IMG/VR virus record: IMGVR_UViG_3300044712_000123
DNA: 64,000 bases
Direction: 5' to 3' (one strand)
From: a virus
Taxonomy: Duplodnaviria > Heunggongvirae > Uroviricota > Caudoviricetes
Shown here: piece by piece, positions 1-8,944 of the stretch
How positions within the stretch are numbered: the first letter of the stretch is position 1
Layout of the letters: every line of letters begins with the position of its first letter
Notes under the pieces: model-generated
What the model was told of the DNA's origin: nothing
The model's input: only the letters and a program-made list of their open reading frames with translations
The model's database searches: none
Program-made: the position numbers and the translations under genes

Positions 1-1731
1 TTTGGACAAGATTTGATTGCATTAGGTAAAGTAATTGATTTAGGTAACCTAGAATCATTTGGATTGCCGTCAGTGTTGCTGCGAACTATTAAAAAATATA
101 ACGCTATAACTCAATCATTGAGTTTGGCATTATTGGCTAGTGAACTACAAGTAAGTGAGATCGAAAAGATCATAGCAGGTTCAGTTCCTTCTAAGTTACA
201 AGAGCAAAAAATCTACAGCGCATTCTTGTTAATAGTGGGTGTTGATTTGGTTGATGTGCTTATTCCTTTGAATTGTAAAACTGAGGGTTTGAATAGTCTT
301 GCTGACTTATTAAACCCAATGAAACTGTTCCCTAGTAGTTATATGTCATTGACTGTACCAGTATACAATCTATCACCCGGTCCGACTAATAGCAAAACTT
401 ACTATCCAATATACAACGGTAGTGGTGTTAATACTACTCTTAACTCTGATGCTATCGGACAATACTTTGGATTGTATCTTGAAGGTATTCTTCCTACTGA
501 TGTTGCGATTGCGTGTGGTGCATTTGGCGTTGCAATGCGTCAGATTAAAAAGATTAAAGGCGCCCCGATCGAAAAGTTTGCACAAGTTGTTGCTAATTTA
601 GAAACTACTAAAAACTTGAATCTAGTGGGTGGTACAGATATCCCAGTTGATGCTACAGCCGCATCGGCAGCCGCAGCCTCTCTTGGCCAAGGTAGTGGAC
701 CTAACGGCACATATACAATGAGTGATTTCTTTGGATGCATGTCTGGTCTTCCGTATGCTTGGAAAGATATCCAAAATTTGATATTACAATTACAAACATC
801 AGGGTTAGTAACAACATACACTAACTTGTATAATACTATTGCTGCAGGCCCCGCATCATCTGATCCGGGTGATATCACTGCGTACAATAGCGCAATTCAA
901 ACATTAATCAATACAGCTAACTCGCAAATAACTGCGATCAATAATGCTAATCCGATTGCAGCCAATGCATTGAATACTTTGTACAATAATATTGGTACTC
1001 AGTTGACGATTGAGCAGACTGCACGAAACAATGCATTAACTCCTGTTCCCTATCCAGGAAGAGATCCTAATCTAAGTCAATACCCAGGTACAATTTATAG
1101 CTTTATTGATACTGTGCCCATCTACGCAGAAGATACCTTACCGCATATGACGGCTCAAACTATTGAGGCAATCGCAGATTGGAGTACCCTTGGTGGTCAG
1201 AGTCTTGTGGGCATGATGAGAGAATCACGAAACAAAACAAGACTTGCTTCTATTGGCATTCCGTTAGACGACACTGTATCAGAAGAACCTTCAGAAGCAA
1301 CTACCAATGCATTGATTGCAAATGGTACCGCACCTACTAATAGAAGCGGTATTACTACTAGTGCAGGAATAACATATACTATTCCTAGCATACCAAATAT
1401 TGATTCACCACCTGAACCTTCTGGCTTCTATGATGGTGTATACAAAGTTAGCTCAGTACGAGCTAACACAACTAGCTTAGGTCAATTGTTAGATAACGTT
1501 GTCCCAGCTATTCCGCAAGTCGGTCCCGTCGTAGTTTTGGGTTCCGGCACTACTTTAGACACAGGACAAGCCGTAGAGCCTGGCAGTTTTGCTGGGTCAC
1601 CTTATCGCGACCTAGTACCGCCTAATTTAGATACAGTGTATACGTCTAAAGTATTATCCCCCGCAGTGTTATCTGTTCCGGAAGCAATTGACCAAGTGAT
1701 TACTTGCAATTGTGACTGCTGGGTGAACTGA
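1..1731 (+). CDS. Large hypothetical protein, probably virion-associated; 5'-truncated by window edge
   Basis: Frame open from position 1; 572+ aa rich in A/N/T/P/G; no recognisable motif. Confidence 0.6.
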   Translation, partial: FGQDLIALGKVIDLGNLESFGLPSVLLRTIKKYNAITQSLSLALLASELQVSEIEKIIAGSVPSKLQEQKIYSAFLLIVGVDLVDVLIPLNCKTEGLNSLADLLNPMKLFPSSYMSLTVPVYNLSPGPTNSKTYYPIYNGSGVNTTLNSDAIGQYFGLYLEGILPTDVAIACGAFGVAMRQIKKIKGAPIEKFAQVVANLETTKNLNLVGGTDIPVDATAASAAAASLGQGSGPNGTYTMSDFFGCMSGLPYAWKDIQNLILQLQTSGLVTTYTNLYNTIAAGPASSDPGDITAYNSAIQTLINTANSQITAINNANPIAANALNTLYNNIGTQLTIEQTARNNALTPVPYPGRDPNLSQYPGTIYSFIDTVPIYAEDTLPHMTAQTIEAIADWSTLGGQSLVGMMRESRNKTRLASIGIPLDDTVSEEPSEATTNALIANGTAPTNRSGITTSAGITYTIPSIPNIDSPPEPSGFYDGVYKVSSVRANTTSLGQLLDNVVPAIPQVGPVVVLGSGTTLDTGQAVEPGSFAGSPYRDLVPPNLDTVYTSKVLSPAVLSVPEAIDQVITCNCDCWVN

Positions 1732-1790
1732 TACCAAAACATTTGGTATTAAAACCATTCTGTGATACACTCACAGTGAAAGGAAAACTT

Positions 1791-2318
1791 ATGAGTTTAG
1801 TTAACCTACCTAAGATATTCTTAGGCATGTTGATTCTAATGTTTGGGCTTACTATCGCCCCGTCATCTAACATGGAATCTATTAATTTTATCAAGCCAGT
1901 GCAAGTCAACGTTGACATGAAGCAACTAAAATGCATGGCAAACAATATTTACTTTGAGGCAGGCCACGAAGGTTTGCTTGGTATGGCTGCGGTTGCACGA
2001 GTGGTCATGAATCGAGTATCACATGGCTTTAGTAGCACGCCATGCGGAGTAATCAACCAATCAACGATATCTAACGACAAGAAGATGTGTCAATTTAGTT
2101 GGGTATGTGAGGGTAAGTCAACTCCTACGGTACGAAACCACAGATATCGTCAAGCTGAACAAGTTGCATATGACGTTTTGGTCAACAACAGATACACTGA
2201 TGTTTTACCCAAGACTGCATTGTTCTTCCACAATACGACTATAGATCCACTATGGCCATATAAGAAAGTTGCACAGATTGGCAATCATATCTTCTACTCT
2301 AAATCTAAGCGGATTTAA
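1791..2318 (+). CDS. Cell wall hydrolase, SleB/Hydrolase_2 family
   Basis: CMANNIYFEAGHEG..AVARVVMNRV..CQFSW..ALFFH..IGNHIFY motifs; N-terminal hydrophobic segment. Confidence 0.9.
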   Translation: MSLVNLPKIFLGMLILMFGLTIAPSSNMESINFIKPVQVNVDMKQLKCMANNIYFEAGHEGLLGMAAVARVVMNRVSHGFSSTPCGVINQSTISNDKKMCQFSWVCEGKSTPTVRNHRYRQAEQVAYDVLVNNRYTDVLPKTALFFHNTTIDPLWPYKKVAQIGNHIFYSKSKRI

Positions 2319-2364
2319 TTCTCTTAGTGTTAGTGACGTTAAATATCAGTCATAGAGGAAAACA

Positions 2365-3465
2365 ATGAGTTATTTATTTACAAGTGAGTCAGTGTCCGAA
2401 GGACATCCAGACAAAGTAGCTGATGCAATCAGTGACGCCATTCTCGATTTAGTAATGGCAAAAGAAGACAAGTCACTACGCTGTGCATGTGAAACGTTGG
2501 TAACAACTAATATGGTAACAGTTGCAGGAGAATACAAAGGTATCTTGCACAAAGAGGAAGTAGAATCTACTATCCGTAAGACTATTAAAAATATAGGTTA
2601 CGAGCAACAAGGGTTCGACTGGCGCACAGTAAAGATTTACAATGAGTTACATGGTCAGAGTGCAGACATTGCATTAGGTACCGACGACTTTGGTGCAGGA
2701 GATCAGGGCTTGATGTTTGGTTACGCATGTAATGAAACTCAAAACTATATGCCATCAGCGATCTATTGGTCACATCGTATCGTTGAAGAACTAACACGCC
2801 TACGTAAGAATGGTACAATGACTTGCTTGGGCCCTGATGCTAAGAGCCAAGTAACATTTGAATATAATGACGATGGTACACCTAAGCGTATTGCTAAAGT
2901 TGTTTGTTCGACTCAGCACACTGATGACATTGATATCAACTCATTGCGTTTGGCAGTCAAAGAAGTGATTCGTGCTATCTTACCCAGAGAGTACTTAGAT
3001 CATGACACTGAATATTTTATTAACCCTACTGGACGGTTTGTTATTGGTGGTCCTGATGGTGATACTGGTCTTACTGGTCGTAAAATCATCGTTGATACTT
3101 ATGGTGGCTATAGTCCTCACGGCGGGGGAGCCTTCAGTGGCAAAGACCCTACTAAGGTTGATAGAAGTGCTGCCTATATGATGCGCTACATTGCTAAGAA
3201 CATCGTAGCAAGTGGTAAGGCAGATTGGGCAACATGTCAAGTTAGCTATGCAATTGGATTGAAAGACCCTATGAGTTTCTACATTGAAACTGCTGATGCC
3301 AAACAAGGTCGTGATTTGACTAAGTGGGTACAAGACAATGTTGACTTGACACCTAAAGGAATCATCGAGCGTTTTGACTTGTTCAGACCAATCTATAGTA
3401 AAACAACCAACTATGGACACTTCGGCAAAGCTGGTTTGCCCTGGGAAAAAATTGACTTGTTCTAA
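2365..3465 (+). CDS. metK: S-adenosylmethionine synthetase
   Basis: FTSESVSEGHPDK, GAGDQG, GGPDGDTGLTGRKIIVDTYGG, GGGAFSGKDPTKVDRS signatures. Confidence 0.98.
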   Translation: MSYLFTSESVSEGHPDKVADAISDAILDLVMAKEDKSLRCACETLVTTNMVTVAGEYKGILHKEEVESTIRKTIKNIGYEQQGFDWRTVKIYNELHGQSADIALGTDDFGAGDQGLMFGYACNETQNYMPSAIYWSHRIVEELTRLRKNGTMTCLGPDAKSQVTFEYNDDGTPKRIAKVVCSTQHTDDIDINSLRLAVKEVIRAILPREYLDHDTEYFINPTGRFVIGGPDGDTGLTGRKIIVDTYGGYSPHGGGAFSGKDPTKVDRSAAYMMRYIAKNIVASGKADWATCQVSYAIGLKDPMSFYIETADAKQGRDLTKWVQDNVDLTPKGIIERFDLFRPIYSKTTNYGHFGKAGLPWEKIDLF

Positions 3466-3944
3466 TGTCTGACGACAAACTAAATTCAGCGAACGGTAGA
3501 AGTAGCTACGACTCAACTTCTAGTGGTTCGCTGATCCACTTCTTCAATCGCAATGTAACACCATATGCGACCGAAAGTTCTGGGCCCAAGTTTGACCTAG
3601 TGCCCGTTGAAAAGCATAAGGATATTATGCTTAACGTTGCGAGGTTGCACGCCAAGCAAGAGTATGATAGAATCATGGAACTAGTTAACGTTTTGCAGAA
3701 GCAAGCTGAACAGATTAAGCACAGACTCGATTTGACTGATATGGTTCATGCTGCCAAGTACGACTTTCAGTTATCAAACGGTAACATATACTGGTTATTG
3801 TATGACCATAGAAAACAGTTTACTAGACTCAGTATCAGTGGCCCCAATGATTGGTCGAGCAGTGCGCCCGAAGAATACGAATATCTAGCAAGAGTTAAAT
3901 GGTTAGGCGATCACACTTGGATAGAGGTAGAAGATGATAAGTAA
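3465..3944 (+). CDS. DUF2452-like protein
   Basis: Coupled ORF; coiled region then YWLLY..LSISGPNDW pattern resembling DUF2452. Confidence 0.55.
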   Translation: MSDDKLNSANGRSSYDSTSSGSLIHFFNRNVTPYATESSGPKFDLVPVEKHKDIMLNVARLHAKQEYDRIMELVNVLQKQAEQIKHRLDLTDMVHAAKYDFQLSNGNIYWLLYDHRKQFTRLSISGPNDWSSSAPEEYEYLARVKWLGDHTWIEVEDDK

Positions 3945-4494
3945 AAGTCCAGATAGAGGAATGTTTCAAATACAAGGACAATTGAAACAGGTCGAAGAAG
4001 GTAACAAGACACCTGAGCAAGCTCAAGAAATGATTGACTTTTACCGCACTTGGCAACAGACCCGAGAAGAACTGGAAGCAACTGTTGAATGGCAAACAGA
4101 TAACATGGAGTACGATTTGCGAAGTACTCAATGGATCATCGACAAAGTAAAAAGTGACGATGTGTATGCCCAGCACCTATATGCTGCCATGTGTAATAAT
4201 GAATTTACTAAGAATGATGTTATGCCCATCCTTACTGAAAAACGTTGGAGTTGTAGTTGGCGCAGTGCAGGCGGCATCATCGCTAACATGCAAGAGAAAG
4301 GTGACTACATTGATTGGTATTGCAGTGGCATCAGATACGTTGAAGATGAGGTAGAAGAATTTGACCTTACCGTCGAGCAGAAAGAACATCGATTAAAGGT
4401 AAACTCCTACGTCAGTGAAAGCGTAGTTACTGACGAGATTCGTAGTGATTTATTAAAATTAGGCTGGTTAGTAGCCCACGAAATAAATAGCTAA
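3934..4494 (+). CDS. Hypothetical protein (WSCSWRSAGGIIA..YIDWYCSG)
   Basis: 186 aa ORF overlapping previous stop. Confidence 0.8.
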   Translation: MISKSPDRGMFQIQGQLKQVEEGNKTPEQAQEMIDFYRTWQQTREELEATVEWQTDNMEYDLRSTQWIIDKVKSDDVYAQHLYAAMCNNEFTKNDVMPILTEKRWSCSWRSAGGIIANMQEKGDYIDWYCSGIRYVEDEVEEFDLTVEQKEHRLKVNSYVSESVVTDEIRSDLLKLGWLVAHEINS

Positions 4495-4508
4495 AGGAGA
4501 TACTGTCA

Positions 4509-4673
4509 ATGGCAAATTTAAGAAATATAGGTACAGGACGCAAAATGATTGAAAAAGTGATGGCACAGCAAAAATCAGGACCTGTCAAGTCTACAAAGCA
4601 ACCAGACTTAAAACCCACACCTGCACACACTGGATCAAAAACACCCCGTTCAAAATTTACTGCTAGAACCTAA
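4509..4673 (+). CDS. Small basic hypothetical protein (54 aa)
   Basis: AAGGAGA RBS, ATG 4509, MANLRNIGTGRK... Confidence 0.6.
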   Translation: MANLRNIGTGRKMIEKVMAQQKSGPVKSTKQPDLKPTPAHTGSKTPRSKFTART

Positions 4674-4683
4674 AGGAAATAAA

Positions 4684-4992
4684 ATGGCAAATGAACTCGC
4701 AAAGTATATCAATTCTCGCCGTCGATTCAAAGATGAGACTGCAATTGCAAAACAAATTAAGATTGCAAAAGCACATGGTCTAGGATTTCATGATAAAGCG
4801 ATTAAAGAACCACATCGTATGGCTAAACATCATGCTATGGATTGTGGTCAACCCGGTTGTATGATGTGCGGTAATCCTCGCAAAACTCACAAAGACAAAT
4901 TGACAGCGCAAGAGAAACGCCTGTTTCAAGAGGTAGAGAAATCTACAGACAAACACAGTAATGGATTGCTGCCTAATTCAACTGACGAGTAA
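4684..4992 (+). CDS. Hypothetical protein with H/C cluster (HHAMDCGQPGCMMCGNPR)
   Basis: AAGGA RBS; possible Zn-binding motif. Confidence 0.8.
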   Translation: MANELAKYINSRRRFKDETAIAKQIKIAKAHGLGFHDKAIKEPHRMAKHHAMDCGQPGCMMCGNPRKTHKDKLTAQEKRLFQEVEKSTDKHSNGLLPNSTDE

Positions 4993-5010
4993 TCAAGTTA
5001 AGATTTTTAA

Positions 5011-5952
5011 TTAAACGAGCCTGGACCAAGTTCCAGGTTCACCGCCGATAACGTCGGCTGTTTTTTGTCCCCATGATATACTAAGTCTGTTATCTCCAAA
5101 CAGTTTCAATAGGTATTCTCTATAATAAAGTCTATCAAATATTTTAGGATTGATAGTCTCCCAACCAAAACTTTTATTTCTTGGTTCTAGGATGTGTGAA
5201 CCTAAGTTTTCGTACAAGTGCTTCTTTAAGTATATTATTCTATGATCGCTACCATACTGCTGATTAACATCGTTTGATATCATTTTAACATGCTGTCTCA
5301 TGCACATTAGATTAGTTTCAAGGCTAGAATTCGTAAAACTTCCTAATCCATCTATGTTATTATCATCCATGAATCTCTTGTAACAACTGTATGCGTGACG
5401 AGCCGGACTTACTGCAATGTGTCCGGTACCATGCCATGGCCAATTATAGTCGCCTCCCATAACGGGATACCCACTGCATTGTTCAATCAACCATAAATGA
5501 GTTGACGCATGTGGGATAATAAGTCGATACGGTTCTAAGTATTTTAGAAAATCTCCGTTTTCAAAGAAATCTTTAATGTTCAAATCAACTATTTTTTGAA
5601 CTACTCCGCGTTCTCTGCAAAATTTATCACTGTAGTACAAATCTTGTACATTCATTATAATACCATCAACATGTATTTTCATTGTGATTGCTTGAACTGG
5701 AATTTTATTTCGCAAACACACATCTACTGCAACCTCACTGTCTAAACCACCGCTATACAACACCTCAACTGTTTTTGTTTTTTTCATGCGAATAGCATCA
5801 GCGAGTGCGTCATAGAAAGGTCTAGGAGGAGGTATCTCAACGTCACGAATCTCTGTGTGGAAGTGATTCATCTTTTTTTCGGGGTCTGGGGTATAGGTAT
5901 ACTTGTAATAATCATTAACTCCCTCATACCAAACTTGAGTGCCGTCTGTCAT
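5011..5952 (-). CDS. PP-loop (adenine nucleotide alpha hydrolase) fold protein
   Basis: VLYSGGLDSE motif near N-terminus. Confidence 0.6.
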   Translation of the reverse strand: MTDGTQVWYEGVNDYYKYTYTPDPEKKMNHFHTEIRDVEIPPPRPFYDALADAIRMKKTKTVEVLYSGGLDSEVAVDVCLRNKIPVQAITMKIHVDGIIMNVQDLYYSDKFCRERGVVQKIVDLNIKDFFENGDFLKYLEPYRLIIPHASTHLWLIEQCSGYPVMGGDYNWPWHGTGHIAVSPARHAYSCYKRFMDDNNIDGLGSFTNSSLETNLMCMRQHVKMISNDVNQQYGSDHRIIYLKKHLYENLGSHILEPRNKSFGWETINPKIFDRLYYREYLLKLFGDNRLSISWGQKTADVIGGEPGTWSRLV

Positions 5953-6506
5953 GTCAATCCTATAATCATGTATCTGTCGTAACCCCAGTCACCGTACTGT
6001 ATTCGCTTAGTTCCACTGAATAATGTATGCGTTACTGGATATAGTTTCACGAAGCTATCAAAGTCAGGTGTGGGTTGAGTTATGAACCATGGACTATCAG
6101 GATCAGTTACATTAGTAGATTGAATACAAACTAGTGTATTTTTTGGTAGTTTAGTGAGCCAATCATTGGAGGTAAAGTGTTCTGAGCTACAATTGACGAT
6201 CACGGTGTGCTCATTAGTGTCACATTTGTATGTGTTTGCGTCCTCACAAAGGTTCTTAATTCCTCGCTCACTCCATAACCAACTGTTGGTAAACTTATCT
6301 GCTATCTGTATTGCATCATTGTCTAAGTCTACCCCGGTGATAGAATTGATAGATGAACGATCCCTGACCATCAGCATAAAACCCAACACATTGTACCAGC
6401 ATCCTAGGATGTGTATATCAGCATTCGGTGGCAAGTGCTTTTCAAGCTCCTCGCACAGCCAAATCTTACTGTGTATCTGTCCATGGCTCAGGCTGTCATA
6501 GTTCAT
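5949..6506 (-). CDS. Class I SAM-dependent methyltransferase-like protein
   Basis: IHILGCWYNVLG..ITGVDLD..CEDAN..IVNCSSEH Rossmann pattern. Confidence 0.7.
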   Translation of the reverse strand: MNYDSLSHGQIHSKIWLCEELEKHLPPNADIHILGCWYNVLGFMLMVRDRSSINSITGVDLDNDAIQIADKFTNSWLWSERGIKNLCEDANTYKCDTNEHTVIVNCSSEHFTSNDWLTKLPKNTLVCIQSTNVTDPDSPWFITQPTPDFDSFVKLYPVTHTLFSGTKRIQYGDWGYDRYMIIGLT

Positions 6507-6571
6507 ATCAACGATATTTATCAAATATTTTTTTACAAAAGATAAATAAAGTATCAATTGGAGAATTTTAA

Positions 6572-6928
6572 ATGGCATATCATATCAAAGCTGTAGTACG
6601 TAACGGACCAAAATGGGATCCGGCAGTGCATCCAACAATTTTTGAGTTTCTTACTACCTTCCCCGAACATGATGTAGCTCGCCTTAACGAAATTAACGAT
6701 TTCTTAACTACTCTAGTGGGAATTTTTGCAGTCAACAGACCAGCTGATCCTGCGTTAGGAGATGACGATACGGTATCTTGGGTCCATGAATTTGAGGTGC
6801 AAGAGCATTATTCAGTGCCCATAGAAGAAACGGTCGCATTGTTGCTAGCTCACTTAGAGTCAAGAAAAGATGGTCCGATCGTCAAGGCTCACGGATACAC
6901 TATAGACATAACTTCGACTCAAATTTAA
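6572..6928 (+). CDS. Hypothetical protein
   Basis: GGAG RBS; TAAATA late-type motif upstream. Confidence 0.7.
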   Translation: MAYHIKAVVRNGPKWDPAVHPTIFEFLTTFPEHDVARLNEINDFLTTLVGIFAVNRPADPALGDDDTVSWVHEFEVQEHYSVPIEETVALLLAHLESRKDGPIVKAHGYTIDITSTQI

Positions 6929-7047
6929 CTTTTGGGCAACTACGAGGTTGACGATAAAAGCATAACTTGCTATACTACACACATGTTCTGAAAAATTCAG
7001 GACGAAAAACAAGTTGTGAAGTTTGGGCAAGTTAGTGAAAAAAGTTG

Positions 7048-7076
7048 TTGACAACAAATCACTAAGGTGCTACAAT
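7048..7076 (+). promoter_or_regulatory. sigma70-type promoter
   Basis: TTGACA-17-TACAAT. Confidence 0.7.
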
Positions 7077-7153
7077 TCATACATGAATTAACAAAAGGCA
7101 TGAAAAACAGCCTTAAAAAGACGAAATTTTTAACCAGGACTAAATATCTTACT

Positions 7154-7321
7154 ATGAAAAACATTGCATGTCAAACTGCTAAACATTCCGGACTATGGTC
7201 AATTGCACCGCAGCAACCAGTGTTGGCTACGTTTGAGGGAACAATGTTACCTAGTATTCGCGGCTCATATAATGATGCGAGAATGCCAGGGAGTTTCATA
7301 GAAGGAGCAGGTTACGCTTAA
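7154..7321 (+). CDS. Putative 55-aa leader peptide of an attenuator
   Basis: Contains all 20 amino acids and 40 different codons; its 3' part is complementary to the downstream terminator arm. Confidence 0.65.
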   Translation: MKNIACQTAKHSGLWSIAPQQPVLATFEGTMLPSIRGSYNDARMPGSFIEGAGYA

Positions 7322-7386
7322 AGTAACTACTCTAACAAGATTATGAAACCCCTGGGAAACTAAAAAGTCTCAGGGGTTTTTCTTTG
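7286..7386 (+). terminator. Intrinsic terminator with overlapping antiterminator
   Basis: AAACCCCTGGGA (7346-57) / TCTCAGGGGTTT (7368-79) + T tract; CCAGGGAGTTTCATA (7286-7300) can pair with TATGAAACCCCTGG (7342-55). Confidence 0.85.
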
Positions 7387-7423
7387 TGTCGTAATAAAAC
7401 AACAGAAAGAAAATTGACAGTAA

Positions 7424-7588
7424 ATGGAAGATGTGATAGAATACAAAACTTCTTCTGATGACAAGAGTGATTGGTTAGCTAATCACACATTGTCAAAAGA
7501 ACAAGTTGCACAATTGATCCGTAACAAGATTGAACGTGCAAGACTCTATCAGCGCAAGGAGGACGAAAAATTCTTCTTTGATGACTGA
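7424..7588 (+). CDS. Small hypothetical protein (54 aa)
   Basis: Open frame MEDVIEYK...FFFDD. Confidence 0.5.
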   Translation: MEDVIEYKTSSDDKSDWLANHTLSKEQVAQLIRNKIERARLYQRKEDEKFFFDD

Positions 7589-7754
7589 TAGAAAAGTGTT
7601 GAATAAGTGCGTAAAGCCCAGGGAACGAGGCCCTGAAAGAACACTATAATAATCTTTAAACGGGCGGACAGTAGGATGAAGTCTGTGGCGTTAACGCAGA
7701 TTGTAAAATCACTGGGTAGGGTATTGACCCTATCATGTCGTGTAGAAATACACG

Positions 7755-7837
7755 GCATTCTAAAACATACTAAACTCATATGCAGCCTAGTGCATTGTGT
7801 CCGTGGCGTAGCAGGTTATAAGTGTGTTTTAGAATGC
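7755..7837 (+). repeat. Stem-bounded element, copy 1 of CATTCTAAAACA..AGTGTGTTTYAGAAT family
   Basis: Terminal inverted repeat similar to those at 20963 and 21269. Confidence 0.6.
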
Positions 7838-7898
7838 TTACTACAGGTGAACATTACATAAGCACTGTGAATGCTTATGCTGTAGTGACAGTTTTTAT

Positions 7899-7976
7899 TC
7901 CGTGAGAGCAAGCAAGGTGTGGGCGTCTGACTGTTAATCAGAAATGAGCCTGGTTCGATCCCAGGTCACGGAGCCA
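7899..7976 (+). tRNA. tRNA-Asn(GTT)
   Basis: Cloverleaf, TCTGA ctGTTaa TCAGA, CCA. Confidence 0.9.
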
Positions 7977-7984
7977 AGTTAAAT

Positions 7985-8059
7985 GGTCTTGTCATATAGT
8001 GGTTATTATACCGGCCTGTCTAGTCGGATATCGGGGTTCGATTCCCCGCAGGATCGCCA
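7985..8059 (+). tRNA. tRNA-Asp(GTC)
   Basis: CCGGC ctGTCta GTCGG, CCA. Confidence 0.9.
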
Positions 8060-8069
8060 AGTATTTTGT

Positions 8070-8147
8070 TGGGGTATAGCTTAGTCTGGCCTAAAGCACT
8101 GGTCTTTGAAATCAGTATCATTGGTTCGAATCCAATTACCTCTGCCA
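8070..8147 (+). tRNA. tRNA-Gln(TTG)
   Basis: CTGGT ctTTGaa ATCAG, CCA. Confidence 0.9.
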
Positions 8148-8154
8148 ATTTTAT

Positions 8155-8228
8155 CTCCGAGAGATGTTACGGTAGCATCCCTGGCCTGGAACCAGGAAGC
8201 GGCAGTTCGACTCTGCCCTCGGTGACCA
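8155..8228 (+). tRNA. tRNA-Pro(TGG)
   Basis: CCTGG ccTGGaa CCAGG, CCA. Confidence 0.85.
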
Positions 8229-8233
8229 ATTAT

Positions 8234-8308
8234 ACTCAGTTCGTCTATCGGTAAGGACGACAGCCTTTCAAGTTGTAAAGACGGGTTCGATTCCCGTACT
8301 GAGTACCA
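8234..8308 (+). tRNA. tRNA-Glu(TTC)
   Basis: ACAGC ctTTCaa GTTGT, CCA. Confidence 0.9.
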
Positions 8309-8311
8309 AGT

Positions 8312-8397
8312 TTTGTAGTGACGCCACAGTCGTAAGAGCCAGCTGGAACGAGAAGACAAAAAGCCTAAGTGTGCAGATGGGCTCGCACAGCTACAAA
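8312..8397 (+). ncRNA. Stem-closed small RNA of unknown type
   Basis: TTTGTAG/CTACAAA closing stem, internal TGTGC..GCACA hairpin. Confidence 0.4.
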
Positions 8398-8406
8398 TTA
8401 ATTAAT

Positions 8407-8493
8407 GCGTTGTGTTCCCTGTCGCCGGCTGTAACCCGGTGGTCATATTAAGCAGGGTGGCGGCAAGAGGTTCGATTCCTTCACAACGCACCA
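8407..8493 (+). tRNA. Atypical tRNA-Tyr(GTA)-like RNA lacking a canonical D-arm
   Basis: GCGTTGT/ACAACGC-A-CCA, GCCGG ctGTAac CCGGT, GGTTCGATTCC; only about 10 nt between acceptor and anticodon stems. Confidence 0.6.
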
Positions 8494-8498
8494 ATCAT

Positions 8499-8573
8499 GG
8501 GGGCAGCAGAGGGCTGCGGAGATGCCTTGCAAGTATCTTGTCTAGAGGGGTTCGATACCCCCGGCCTCCACCA
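8499..8573 (+). tRNA. tRNA-Ala(TGC), reduced D-arm
   Basis: G3.U70, GATGC ctTGCaa GTATC, CCA. Confidence 0.75.
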
Positions 8574-8579
8574 AACAAT

Positions 8580-8654
8580 GGGCTGTTAGTGATAATGGGA
8601 GCACGGGGGCTTTGCACGTCCTAGGTAAGAGTTCGATTCTCTTACGGTCCACCA
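8580..8654 (+). tRNA. tRNA-Ala(TGC)
   Basis: G3.U70, GGGGC ttTGCac GTCCT, CCA. Confidence 0.88.
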
Positions 8655-8659
8655 GTTTT

Positions 8660-8724
8660 AGGATAGTAACAGCAACATTTATACTCTGAACTTTTAATTC
8701 AACCAGTAAAAATTCTATCCTGTT
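8660..8724 (+). ncRNA. CAGCAA-module RNA carrying a Lys(TTT) anticodon stem-loop
   Basis: AGGATAG-TAACAGCAA ... TGAA ctTTTaa TTCA ... CTATCCT-GTT. Confidence 0.7.
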
Positions 8725-8730
8725 TTATAT

Positions 8731-8805
8731 ACCCTCTTCGCCAAGTGGTAAGGCCCCGGATTTTGATTCCGGTATTCGGTGGTTCGAATCCATCAGGGGG
8801 TGCCA
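8731..8805 (+). tRNA. tRNA-Gln(TTG)
   Basis: CCGGA ttTTGat TCCGG, CCA. Confidence 0.9.
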
Positions 8806-8944
8806 AGTTGTGTTGCAACTGATTTGAGGAACTTGCGTTTAAACCTCAACGAGAATAACAAAAACACGCAGCCAAATTTATGCCGCCGTAACTCAGTAAA
8901 TTATAGTCCCAGAGCTAAATATATTATGCTAAGAGGTCTATGAC

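Noticed and set aside
7450-7505. Hammerhead ribozyme (CTGATGA)
   Set aside because: No GAAA core after stem II, and the segment lies within a plausible ORF.
8806-8874. CCA-ended tRNA-like element
   Set aside because: Acceptor pairing poor; no T or D arm.
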